Shown piece after piece: positions 11,480 through 23,567 of a stretch of 64,000 nucleotides of DNA. The notes under the pieces are model-generated. The model had not been told where the DNA came from. It saw nothing but the letters and a program-made list of their open reading frames with translations, and did no database searches. The stretch covers positions 80,228,001-80,292,000 of the forward strand of contig OZ336870.1 of the NCBI GenBank assembly GCA_965287045.1, given 5' to 3'. Source of the stretch: Carcharhinus amblyrhynchos. Lineage: Eukaryota. The position numbers were made by a program, and so were the translations under genes. Positions within the stretch are counted from its first letter, which is position 1. Each line of letters starts with the position of its first letter.

Positions 11480-13250
11480 GTTATTCTTTATTTCCCAATT
11501 TGTGTCTTCTACCATGAAGACAGGCACAAAATATTTGTCCAATGCCCCTGCCATTTCCACATTCCCCATATGAATTTCTTCTGTTTCTACTTCTCACGAA
11601 CTGACATTTAATTCAATTACTTTCTTCCTTTTTAGAGACTTGTAAAAGCTCTTCCAATCTATTTTCATATTCCTGGCTAGTTTATCCTCATATTCTAATT
11701 TTGAATCTTTTAATCAACCTTTTGCAGTTCCTTTATTGCTCTTCAAAGCAGTAACAATCCTCAGGCTTTCTCTGTAACATTGTAATCCTTTTCTGTTAAC
11801 CTAATAATATCCTTAACTTCTTAAGGAATCCATAGAGATTTTGCTTTTCAATGGAATATATTTTTGTTGCACATTTTGAATTGTTTCCTTAAATGGTTAT
11901 TTACTGCTACTTTCTTTTAGCCCATTCACCAATCAGCTTAGCCAGTTCTCCCCTCAAACCTATGTAATTGGTTTTAAGGTTTGTTTGTTTTTATTTATTC
12001 ATTCATAGGATCAGGGCGTCGCTGGTTAGCCAACATTTAATGCCTTCCGTAATTCTCCTTGAAAAGGTGGAGGTGAGCTGTCTTCTTAAACTATGCTGTC
12101 CATGTGGTGTAGATACTTCCAAAATACTTTTGGGGAGGGAGTACCAGGATTTTGACCCATCCACAATTAAGAAACGGCGATATAATTTCAAGCCAGGATG
12201 ATGTGTAACGTGGAGGGGAAATTGCAGATGGTGGTGTTCCCATACAACTGCTGCTCTTGTCCTTCTAGGTGATAGAGGTCACAGGTTTGGAAAGTACATT
12301 CAAAGGAGCCTTGGTGAATTGTTACCATGCATCTTATAGATGGTATACACTGCCGCCACTGTGCGATCATAATAGTAGGAGTGGATGTTGAAGTTGGTGA
12401 ATGGGGTGCCAATCAAGCAAGCTGCTTTGTCCTGGATAATGTTGGGATTCTTGAGTGCTGTTGAAGTTAACATGTGCCTTGTAGGTGGAGGACAGGCTTT
12501 GGACAGCCAGGAAGTGAGGTACTTGCCACATAATTCTCAGCCTCTGAGTTCCCCTTGTAGCCATGGTATTTATATATCTGGTCCTGGTTCAGTTTCTTGT
12601 CAATGACAACATCCCAGGATATTTATAGTGGGGCGTTCAATGATGGTGATGCCATTGCATACCAAGGGGATATAATTAGATTCACAGGGAGCATTTCTCT
12701 GGCTTCCCTGCCATGTGTTTCTCATAGTGGGATGTGGCATGCTAATCACTGGTAGCAGGATTTTCTGGTCCCATGCCACCAGGAAATCTGCAGCGAGGAT
12801 ACAGCATTACCAGGACAAAAAATCTTGCCATCATCAATGTCTAGAGAACTTCAGTCACTCTTGTTGGAGATGATCTTTGCCTGCCCTTTGAATGCCACAA
12901 ATGTTAGTTGGAGTTTATTGGAGTTTATCACTTTCTAACTTAACATGGAATTCAGTTTTATTATGATCACCAGTTCCCAGTGGATTTTTACTATGAGATT
13001 ACTGATAAACTCAGCCTGTTACACAATACTAGTTGTAAAATAGCTTTATTCTAATTGGATCCACAATGTATTTCTCCAAGAAATTGTTATGAAAACATTG
13101 TACAACTCACCTCCTGAACACCCTTGTCAATTTGATTGGTCCTGTTTAAATGAAGATTAGAGTTTCCCATGATTATTACATTGCTTTTAGTACATGCTCT
13201 AAACATTTCTTATTTATTGCTTTGTCCAATGGTAAACTACTCCCACTAGC
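11480..13250 (-). mobile_element. Old CR1 internal fragment (endonuclease/linker region) hosting nested elements
   Basis: Decayed CR1-type sequence (ttgtgtcttctaccatgaagacaggcacaaaatatttg; atgaagattagagtttcccatgattattac, i.e. the IIMGxFN remnant) on both sides of the 11993-12915 insert. Confidence 0.6.
11993..12915 (-). mobile_element. Second non-LTR retrotransposon family (CR1/L2 group), 3' fragment, with a probable MITE inside at about 12685-12850
   Basis: The minus strand shows QSLSSTYKAHV and IIQDKAACLIGTP remnants; its 3' end (atgaatgaataaa tail) is shared with the SINEs at 13650 and 15552. Confidence 0.65.
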
Positions 13251-13649
13251 TTAGTTGGAGATAAGGGACACTGCTCCAGGAAGAAGACCCTAAGTGGATA
13301 AGACCTCTTGTTAAGTCATTCCCCACATCCTCCTCCCTCTATGAACAGATTGTCATCTTCTTTGGTCTCTCCGTTCCATCTCCCTCTCATGCCAAAGGAG
13401 GATGCCGATGGTCTAACCAGAACCCTTGTAGGCAGAACTAAAACCCTCTCTACATGCTGCACCATCCCAGTCAACCTCAACAACTTTAACCAACTCTGCA
13501 AACCACAAAACTCTTCTACAAACTCAGTCAGACATCAGAAATTAATCAGCAACAGATCTGAGAGTGGTTGATGATTACTTTAAACAGCACTGATAGATAT
13601 TCGTTCCTGCTGCCGTTTAAGAATGGTAGCTAATAATTTGGCAGTAAAT

Positions 13650-14082
13650 TGGCAATGTCCTAGTGGTATTATCACTAAACTGTTAAGCCCAGAAACTCTG
13701 GGGACCTGAATTCAAATCCAGCCATGGCAAATGGTGGAATTTAAATTCAATAAAAATATCCAGAATTAAGAATCTACTGATGACTATGAAACCATTGTCA
13801 ATTGTCAGAAAAACCCACCTAGTTCACCAATGTCCTTTAGGGAATGAAATCCATCGTCCTTACCTCTTACATTTCACAGTAGCTTCATTGCAATGTTAAT
13901 GTAAGCCTTACTTGGGACTAATAAATGAACTTTAACCTTACATGTGACTTCAGAGCCACAGCAATGTGGTTGACTCTCAACTGCCCTCTGAAATGGCCCA
14001 GCAAGGGATTCAATTTCCAAGGGGCACCTGGGATGGGAAATAAATGCTGGCCAGCCCATGACCCACGGATGAATAAAAAAAA
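13650..14082 (+). mobile_element. tRNA-derived SINE sharing its tail with the 11993-12915 LINE
   Basis: ggcaatg..ctagtggtatt head, ttcaaatcc B-box-like motif and tail gggatgggaaataaatgctggccagc...atgaataaaaaa; contains a 64-bp insert. Confidence 0.75.
13873..13936 (+). mobile_element. Retroposed 3' tail of the variant SINE, with a 7-bp target-site duplication
   Basis: Flanked by cttacat at 13866-13872 and 13937-13943; matches the tails at 18853-18920, 34842-34917 and 56220-56292. Confidence 0.8.
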
Positions 14083-15304
14083 TCAAAAATAGCAGTATGA
14101 CACCAAATCAGCTTTGCATACTGACTAACAGCACTGTCTACATGCATACTTCCAGTGAACACTCCTACACCTGTGCTACTGACCACCCCACCAGCGTGGC
14201 TTACACTGGAAGCATTTGCACAAAACATAAACACCATTTCGGTGCCAAATTACCAAAATTTTGGGGGCACTGGATTCCAAAAAACCATTTTATAATGAAT
14301 GTGCCCACATCTGAAATAGTTTAAAAGCATTAGGGTTTGGTGGGGAGTAAGAACTTAATGAAAATCAGAATTTTAGTGCTCATGGAGGGGAAAGACTGAA
14401 GAGTTTCAAGAACTTGGCAAACAACAGATTCATTTTTTGGCAGAAAATGATACAGAGCAATAATGCCACCACAGGAAACTCACTGCCAAGACTCATTGCT
14501 CAGTGGTGAGCAATTGACCACACACCACTAACCAGAACAATCCCTCCCCTGGTTTGAAAAGTACGAGTCTTCTTTTTGGGAAGGATTGAGAATCGCTTGG
14601 ATTCACTGCACATCCAAGAAGAATAATGTGATTTGACCTTCAGGTTTTGCTGCAGTTTTACACCCCACTGATCAGGTTGATGTCTGTTAGAGCAATTGTG
14701 GAAGTTTGGAGAAGGGAAAATACTTCTATCAACAGATCATAAATATGTTCAGGTATTTTTTTCCCCCTTTGTTAATACTACAGCGCTGTAAAATTCAATA
14801 AAGGAAGTTGTAACTTTAGAGCCCTTATTCAGAAAGATAGCCATATGCTTTCTGTTCCAAATAAAATCACTCTGGACTCCTCAAGCTTCTACTGAGGTGG
14901 GAACTTTCTGATCCCAAGGTCAGACGGAGAGAATAATCTTTGTAGGATAGTGTGGCACTGGGTCCCATGGGCTAGTTTGACGGGAAAACTAGTAACAGAT
15001 GTTTCATCGGACAAAGATAAATACCATTTCTGGTACCATTCCCTCAAAGAAACTAATTTGGCAAAGGAAACCTGGATATTTAAATATTACACTTGGAATG
15101 TTTACATTTGGTACTCAAAGCCAGTGGTATGTGGAACTACATGGATACTTAAGACAAAAACTGGCAGCACTCTGAGCATAGAAACCAGAGTATGGCTTTT
15201 GAGCGCTTATTTCCTCTTGAGTGGCAAAATATTTACTTTTGTGGAGAGCAGCCAAATTAAATTGTTTTTAAGTACATAAGAGAAAGTATTGCGAGAATTG
15301 AATC

Positions 15305-15394
15305 GCTTCACTTCATTTTCACTTCACTGCTTACTTGAGTCCAGAGTCGTGGGGAGTCGGAGCCTAACCTGACCGACACTGGCCGTTAGGCACA
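15305..15394 (-). mobile_element. 3' fragment resembling bony-fish V-SINEs
   Basis: ctgcttac..tccagagtcgtggggagtcggagcctaacctg..gacactgg next to a (CACTT)n-like tail. Confidence 0.45.
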
Positions 15395-15551
15395 GTGAGT
15401 TGAAACAAAATTTATCAAATCATTCATTTGAAGCCACACGTGAATCACTGGTAATGGCTTCAAAATTCACAGCATGGAACAGTAAGTAAGCTAGAATAAA
15501 ATCTGCATCACAACAGCATAACCTGCACGTGTACTGCTGTGCTTTGTACCC

Positions 15552-15931
15552 TTTTATTCTTCTCATGGGATGTGGGTGTCACTGGCTAGGCCAGCATTTG
15601 TTATCCATCCCTAATTGCTGTTGATCTGAGTGGCTTGGTAAGTCATTTCAGAGGGCATTTGAGAGTCAGCTTCGTTGCTGTGAATCTGGAGTCACATGTA
15701 GGCCAAACAAGGCAAGAATGACAGATTTCCTTCCCCAAAGGATATTAGAGAACGAGATGAGTTTTTAAAGACGATAGTTTCATGTTCATCATTAGACTTG
15801 TAATTCCAGATTTTTATTGAATTCAAATTTCACAATCTGCCAAATTGGGATTCAAACCCAAGTCCCCAGAGCATTACCCTGGGTCTGTGGATTACTTGCC
15901 CAATGACAAACCATGACACCACTGCCTCCCC
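15552..15931 (-). mobile_element. tRNA-derived SINE (same family as 13650-14082)
   Basis: Reverse-complement collinear with 13650-14082. Confidence 0.8.
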
Positions 15932-17271
15932 TTCATTATCATTTACTTTTCAAGAGCATGTCATTTATCAGTTGATGGAACTTCAATCAACACTTTTGAG
16001 CATTCTGATATCATTCTTACTGCCTTGTTAACACAGATTGCATTTTGCAAAGTATTACAAGGAAATGTGTTCTCTAACAATATTACAATTAAAATAATTT
16101 CTTTGCTTGCCAATTTGAAAATTGCAGAGGAAGAAATTGAACTTTGTTTTATCTGCTTTATGGGTATAATGAAGGCCAATTTTGGAGATTAGTATCCTAC
16201 ATCCCGACTACTCCTCTGACAAGTACTATCCAATATTAAATCTGGCTGTTTTCAAAAGTCACTTGCAGCTGTCTAAAACAGATGTTAGGTCGAACAAATG
16301 TATAAATCAAAGGCCTAACGCCTGTTTTAGTCTTCCTCCGGGAATTTAGATAGTGATGAAGGTGCAATTTGTGAGCCTGCTTCTCCCAGGTTTCTTCTGT
16401 AGCCACTGCAGTTTAAGCAGAAGCGAGCAGCAATTAATCTCCAAAAATCTTTCCTGTGAAGCCAGGAAGTGCAGGACCATGACTCCATTGTACTTTACTT
16501 CCCTCTCAACCCCCAGGCCAATGAGGCAAGCAGTCCAACATGCACCTTTTTAAAAGGCCTTGTGTTGCAAATCACTTAAGTAATAATAATGATGCCCCAA
16601 TAGCTCATTTCAGGGCAGCCTTGGATCTCTTTGTTGGGGTATGTGGTCCATGCACCCCTACCCACCTCTGACCCAGGAACAGGCTGACCAGAATTTTACC
16701 CTGCAGGGCTAGTGCTCCTTGTCATTGTACTCTTGGCTTGGATGTTAAGCAACCTTAACTGGTTGATAGCAGCGTACATATGTTATACATAGTTAGTGCC
16801 AAGGGAAGCTGATGTTAAATCTGAGTCTGGATCTTTGCCTATCCTTAAAACTAAACTCTGTGGCAATGCTGGATAGCTGATACAAACAGGCCAACTTCCC
16901 AGGCCAAATCCTGCACCTGGATTTCACACAAGGTTGGCAACTAAAGTAAGCAGTCCACAAAGAATTGTAGAGAACAGCAAGCAGCTTTACTGCACAAAAT
17001 TATGTTTACATATGACTGAAATTAATCTCAAAAATTTATGAAAGGGTCAGAGTTTATTATTTTGGACCTTGTTTTCCAAACTGGTTGCATTACGTGAAGC
17101 ATTCTCATTAGTGTTCAGAAAAATTTTCCTACACAGGAGTTCTCATGGGCCAGTGAATAGTGAGGTGGCACCTTTCATTATTGAAGCTAATTTTAAATGT
17201 AATGACCAGTTGGAATAGTCCCCTTCCCAAATAATACAACTGTGAAGTTGTAGAACTAAAGCAAAATACTG

Positions 17272-17960
17272 CAGGCGTGGGATTTTCCAGACCTTCCTGT
17301 GGGCCAGATCTTCCAGTCCCACCAAAGTTGCCTCCTCCCCACAATGGCGGGTTTTCCAGCTGCAGGATGGGCGAGCGACATTAAATGCCATAGGCCTCAG
17401 TGGCCCAGGATATACTCCTGATAGCCAATAGCAGCCTAATTCCACTGCCAGAAAACACATAGCGGGGTGAGGGGGACAGGGGGTGGGGGAGGGGGGATGG
17501 AAAAGCCTGTCCCAGATATTAAAATCTGAAATAAAACAGAAAATGCTCGAGACACTGAATGGCTCATGCCACATCTGTGTTTGAAATCACCTTTCAGGTC
17601 AGTGACCTTTCAGCAAGCTTTGATTTTTTCTGCAGGCCGAAGTCCAGAAAATCCGCAATTCCAGCCTCAGCATATGATCAAACAGAGCCAGGACAGGAGC
17701 ACAGTCAGCAACAGGACACTTCGTTCCAGAGAGGCCCAAATACCTCGGATTGAAAGGCACCACGCAGGATTGAAGGCTCTGCATATTAAAGAAGCTGGCA
17801 AACAGCATGAAAATGGAGATGGAAAGGGAAAGAGGTCTTCAACCCTCACAGAGAGGATATGGAGGCACAGAGAGGAAATGCCATTCTCAGGACTGGAGGC
17901 AACAGACCTGGCAATAAAGCTGCCTGTATGATATGAAAGGAGGTGGTCAGTGACATTTCA
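17272..17960. mobile_element. Mosaic of Harbinger-type fragments and a MER6-like piece; possible Myb/SANT-like ORF remnant at about 17810-17955
   Basis: ggcgtgggattttcc...ggaaaagcctgtcc termini; the translated remnant GGNRPGNKAACMI*KEVV resembles Harbinger DNA-binding proteins. Confidence 0.4.
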
Positions 17961-17979
17961 ACAAAATAACAAAAAGGCT

Positions 17980-18306
17980 GCATGGTGGCACAGTGGTTCG
18001 CAGTGCTCACAGCTCCAGAGACCCAGGTTCAATTTCCGGCTTGGGTCACTGTCTGTGTGGAGTTTGCATGTTCTCCCCGTATCTGTGTGGGTTTCCCCCG
18101 GGTGCTCCGGTTTCCTCCCACAGTCTAAAGATGTGCAGGTTGGGTTGATTGGCCATGCTAAATTGACCTTTAGTGTCCCAGGGTGTGTAGATTAGAGGGA
18201 GTAAATATATGCGGTTATGGGAATATTGCCTGGGTGGGATTGTTGTCAGGGAAGACTTGATGGGCCAAATGGCCTCCTCCTGCACTGTAGAGTTTCTATG
18301 ATTCTG
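17980..18306 (+). mobile_element. HE1-type V-SINE (full length)
   Basis: Head, V core and CR1-type tail gatgggccaaatggcctcctcctgcactgtagagtttctatgattct. Confidence 0.9.
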
Positions 18307-18852
18307 TGAAATAAGATCAACCCCCACTCACAACTTAGGAAGAAACCAGCGACTAACCATTTGAATTAAAAACTAACTGCTGCCATTTCATATTTACTCA
18401 TCCCAGGCTGGATGGAGTACCATAATCCCTGGGGAATGAGAGGGGGTGTGAAGGCCTGGATTTGAGAGACCAAGGGCTGGGAATCTTGATGAGAGGGTAA
18501 CCAGGAAGTCCTTCAATGGACGCAGGAGGACAGTTAAGGAGGACCCCCCTGTCTGCTACCTGCCCACACAGGGAAACCTGCTTCCTCCACTGCTGATTAC
18601 ATACCAATGGTGGTGGGACGAGACTCTTGTCAGCATTAATTGCCCACTGAAGGACCTCAATTGGCCCAGTTGTGGGTGGACTTCTCAACACCACCCCCAC
18701 TGCTGGTTCCAATTATGGTGGAAGTTGAGGTATCAGTGGACACCTTCAAACCTCCTGGTAAGGGAGCATAAAATCTAGCTCTCCATTTGTAGAAGTTAGC
18801 ACACAGTTCCAGGATTATGGAGACACAAACATTCAGCAATTAACTCAAAGTT

Positions 18853-19129
18853 TTAGAGTTTATTTATTAGTCACAGGTAGGCTTACATTCACACTGCAAT
18901 GAAATTACGGTGAAAATCTCCCAGTTGCCACCTCTGGCACCTGTTCAGGTACACTGAGGGAGAATTTAGCATGGCCAATTCACCTAACCTGGGGGAGGAA
19001 ACCGGAGCACTCAGAGGAAACCCACGCAGACATGCAAACTCCACACAGACAGTAACCCAAGCCAGGAATCGAACCTGGGTTCCTGGCACTGTGAGGCAGC
19101 AGTGCTAATCACTGTGCCACTGTGCTGCT
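18853..19129 (-). mobile_element. HE1-head SINE with an alternative 3' tail
   Basis: HE1 head and core, but the tail reads ...attttcaccgtaatttcattgcagtgtgaatgtaagcctac...ctaataaataaac. Confidence 0.8.
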
Positions 19130-19544
19130 CATTCTTCTTAAGGGCAATTAGCAATAGGCAATAAGTGCTTCCTTAGCCAATGACACCCAGATCCCAAGAA
19201 AGCACTTTTTAAAAATCAAAGGGAAAACCTATGGAGATCTAGGAAATAGGTCTTTCTAAATTGTAGTATACAGAGAAATAGAAGGCCCTGCGTTCACAGT
19301 TAGATTGAATGGTCAAATGCATATATGTTAACAGATTAGATTAAAATTGAAATGTTTACCCAAAGTAATGTGGATATTATGAAGTGACAAGGGAGCTCTG
19401 ATGACCATTGTTCTTTGTTTTTGTCTTCAGAACTCACAAGTAAAGACGGAAGACAGGAAACAGCTGCAAAAGAGGCTCCAGATCCATCAACATCTGTCAC
19501 CTGCCTCAGAAACCCACCCGTGCCTTCACTTTCACTCTGAACCC

Positions 19545-20360
19545 TGGAGGAACAAATCTGCAGGGAAATTACAGAGAGTTGCATGAACTATACGGTAATT
19601 ATGAAGGAGACTTTAGTCATCCGATTATAGAGTGGGATAGTAATAGTGCAAAAGGCATAGGAGGAAGAAGAGGTTCTGAACTGTGTTTAAGACAATTTTC
19701 TTGACAGTTCAAAAAGGAAGCATTTCCAGACCTGGTGGGTTAGTCGGTCAAGTGTCAGTGGGAGATCATTTAGAGAACAGTGATCATATTATCATAAGGT
19801 TTAGGTTAGTTATGAAGAAGGACAAGGAGCATCTGGAGTAAACATACGTAATTGGAGCTGAATCAGTTTTAATGGGTTGAGAACAGAACTATATCAGATA
19901 AACTGGAATGAAGGTGTACAGGCAAAAACTATAAGTGAACAATGGGCTGCCTCACAAGGTGGTTTGGGCACAGTCAAAGTACATTCCCACAAAGGGGAAA
20001 CACTGGACAAATACAGCCAGAACCCTTGAGATGACAAAAGAGTTTGAGAGTGAGATGAAGTAGGATAAGGGGACATCAGGTTGATACTTTAAGTGAAGAA
20101 CCTGGCTAAGTGAAGAACCTGGCTAAGTGTAGAAAGTTCAAAGGGGAATTGAAAAAAGTAATAAGATAAACATAGAAATAGAATGAGGAGAGACTGGCAA
20201 TTACCATAAAAGAGAATCCAAAAATCTTCCACAGACACATCAATGAAGAAAAGGTAATAAGAGGAGGAGGAATGGGGCTGATTAGGGATCAAAGAAGGAA
20301 TTTATGCAAGGAGTCAAAGGGGATGGCTGATGAGCTAAATGAGTATTTTACATCAAGAGG
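19545..20360 (+). mobile_element. Old CR1 fragment, APE endonuclease and linker region
   Basis: Translates in pieces as EEQICREITESC..VIM.GDF, DHL..SDH.II.F and MADELNEYF; 17-bp tandem duplication at 20090-20129. Confidence 0.75.
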
Positions 20361-20366
20361 ACAAAT

Positions 20367-21340
20367 GGGGAGACAGTGGTGTAGTGGTATTGTCGCTGGA
20401 ATAGCAATCCATAGAGTCAGCATAATACTGTGGGGATTCAGGTTCGAATCCTACCACAGCAGATGGTGTTATTTGAATTCAATGAAAATCTAACGAATTT
20501 AACGTTGACCGTGAAACAATTCTCAGAAAAACTATCTGGTTCACCCTTCAGCAAGGGTATGGTGAGAGTGCGAGGGAATAGGACCAGATGGATTACTCCG
20601 TCAGTATGCACATGATGGACCAAAAAACTTCCTCCTGGGCTGTAGCCATTCTGTACACCCACCAGCTCAGAGATAATGACTAGAAAATCACCGATACAGT
20701 CTCAATAACAAAATGTCACTGAGTGAGTCATTGAACATGAAGTTAAAGTTGGAAAGCTGCATTGGAATGCATTCTGATTGAGAGGCCCTGTTGTAGAATG
20801 AAGGATATGTTCAATACGTGCAGAGGCATGATGCAGAATCCCACAATTAGCTGTCACAGCGGCAAAGTTATATGTCATCCTCTGTAACACAATCAAAGAG
20901 GGAATTTATTCAATGTAATCGGTGCTGGAGGGAGTGACAATTGTGTTCTTTCCATTAATAATGGAACTTCCAAACTGGAAAGTCTATTTCAAGTGGAAGA
21001 ATTGAACGTTAACCATCAGACTTTGGGAGACTGATGCTGATCCGATTCTGAACTATCGAGAGCATTATTCCAGAGAGTCGGCACAGACAAGATGGATCAA
21101 ATGGCCTTCTTACGTGCCATAACATTTCTGTGATTCAGTGATATCTGGCACACTCTTTCTCAGGGGTATTAAAAGCAGATGCTCCACTTGAAACAGCTGG
21201 AAACAGCTCAAGCTGACCTTAAGGGAAGGAAATCTGCCATTCTTACTTGATGGGTCTATATGTGACTCCAAACCCATCGCAATGCAGTTGACTTATCAAG
21301 CCACTCAGTTCAAGGACAATTAGGGATGGGCAACAAAGAC
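20367..21340 (+). mobile_element. tRNA-derived SINE halves (20367-20550 and 21218-21340) separated by CR1 tails and unassigned DNA
   Basis: The two halves are collinear with the 13650-14082 copy. Confidence 0.55.
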
Positions 21341-21770
21341 TCGCACTTTATAGCAATGATCATGATCTCAGAACATCCTAAAGCAGTTTGCAACCAATGA
21401 AATAATTTTGAAATGTTGTCGCTGTTGTAATGTAACAGAGCTGCCAATTTCCTCATAGCAAGATTCCATAAATGTGGTTGTTTGTCTTAGTGAAAATAGT
21501 TGAGGGGTGAATATTGTCCAGGATTTCAGGGAGAATAGTTTGGCTCCGCTTCAAAATAATGCTGAGATATATTTTATATTCACCTGAGATGACAGATGTT
21601 GCCTCAGATTATCGTCTCATTTGAAATATGTTCACTATAACAGTTGAGCATCCTTTCAGTACTAATTGGAGTGTCAAACTAGATTTAGTACTCAAGTCTT
21701 CGGCATGGGCTTAAACCCACAATCTTTTGATGCAGAGTTGAGAATGCAACTACTGGGCTATGGTTGACAA
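21340..21770 (-). mobile_element. Deu-domain SINE (SacSINE1-like), near full length
   Basis: tRNA-like head (gtgggtttaagccc), central Deu-like block and L2-like tail. Confidence 0.7.
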
Positions 21771-22759
21771 TGTTCAAATATTGACACCTATAAGCTAATT
21801 TACTCAGTCATTGAATGACTCTTTCTAAACAAAAACTGAAAACAATTTGTAAAGAAAGGATTTATGCAAAACAGTTAAACTCTATCAATATTCCCATTGC
21901 TGGATGCATAAGATTGGTTATATTTCATATAAGAAACATTAAATATCTAGATGATTGATTACAAGTCTAAGATTTAAGTGTTATGTTTGGAATGGAGATT
22001 CCTTATTTTGGTAATAAATGGAATGTGGTTAGTACTTTCAAACTCTACATTGGATGAGTTAATGTGTTTATCTGTAAAATATTATTTTTATACTAAAATG
22101 TTATCTTTCTTTTACTCAGCTCCAGTGCTTTATAAGCAAATAACAGTTGTTCAAATATTGGATTCAATCGCCAATAGCTAAGATGGCATTTAGTTCAGTT
22201 TTTGTTACCAGTGTCGTCCTTTTACAAAACATATAACACATGTCCAATATCAGCCTCAGTCTTCTTGTCAAGGATCTCATGGCAAAGCGTGCCGTACCCC
22301 AGAGCAAGTCAGCTATATCCTGATGGAACCAGTTCACAGAAACACACATCCTGTGCAGGATTAGTGCATTAGCCAGAAGCTCTGGGCAAAGCTTCTATAG
22401 TCCTGGCTTTTCACAGTTAAAAACAATTGCCTTTGATTATATCAGTATGTGTAAAGTGAGCATTTGGCAGTCAGTATTGGCTGCCATTGCTTGACCTTTC
22501 AAGTTTACAACACTTGCACTGGTAACAGTTTGAATACTCAGCAAATCATGAAAAGGAGACAAGCGCTTGGCATAGAAACTTTCTGTGAGTGTAACTGTTG
22601 CAAATGCTATAGCTGTCAACGAAGATTGCAGTTTTATTAAAACCATGAATGAAATTTAAAAATGCCAATAGGCTTTTGCCTGAATCTAGAATGCAAACAG
22701 TATGAGCAAGAATTGCACAGAAATACTAATTTGACACACAATCTAATTGGCCCCAAAGA

Positions 22760-23500
22760 GCCATGCCTCTAGCTGTCGCTCTCCCTCAAAGTCAGCTGGG
22801 ATCTGAGAGTGCTCCATGGACGGTCCCTGGGAAACGAGCACACACCTACATGAAGAGCACTGCATGGTCACTGGTGAGCTGCACGTTGAGGGAGTGGAAT
22901 CCTTTGTAATTCACGAATGGCACTGCATGGTGCCCTGGAGTGCATAGGGCCATGTGCATGTAGTCAATCAAACCTTGCACCTGGTACAAGCCTGCTATGT
23001 TGGTGAAGTCGATGGCCTTGGCACCTTGGCTGACCAGGTTCCTGTTGATATACGTATGAGCTCTTGCACAAAGGTCACCTGTAACTTCCCAGATGCATTT
23101 GTGAGTGGCCAACTGGGAGATGCCACACTAGTGGCCCATGGTGCCCTTGAATGAGCTAATTGCATAGAAATTCAGAGGGATTGTAAGTTTAAGGACCATA
23201 GGCAGTGGGTGTCCCTCTATTCCATGTGGTGCCAGCTCTTGCAGGGTCTGGCAGAGGTGGTCTACCATCTCCTGAGATAGATGCAGCCTTCTACGGCACT
23301 GAATCTCTAACATCTGCAGGTACAATGACTGGTGTCAGAAAATCTTTGGCCTTTACCTATGCATCAGCAATGCCACTCCTGAAACAGTGACAGACCTAGC
23401 CTCTCCCTCTTCCGTATGGCAGTGGTCCTGGCCAGGTGCTACAGCATGTCGATGTCTCTGCCACTGCTCTATAAGTAGGATAGCCAACTCAACAGGCTCC
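22760..23500 (-). pseudogene. Decayed PIF/Harbinger transposase (DDE_Tnp_4 / HARBI1-like)
   Basis: CRRRLHLSQEMVDHLC, LKLTIPLNFYAISSF, QVQGLIDYMHMAL and FVNYKGFHSLNVQLTSDH motifs spread over broken frames. Confidence 0.85.
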
Positions 23501-23567
23501 ATCACCCTCCAGAGCATGCACTGTAAAGAAGAGAAAACCACAGTCAGCTATAAGGGTTCATGAGAGA

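Noticed and set aside
17980-18050. tRNA gene
   Set aside because: It is the tRNA-derived head of an HE1 SINE with no complete cloverleaf; the same applies to the other SINE heads.
20090-20129. 17-bp direct repeat resembling a CRISPR-like unit
   Set aside because: It is a simple tandem duplication without spacers, inside a CR1 fragment in eukaryotic DNA.
22760-23500. Domesticated HARBI1 gene
   Set aside because: The frames are broken and catalytic-region motifs are altered, consistent with a decayed transposon copy.
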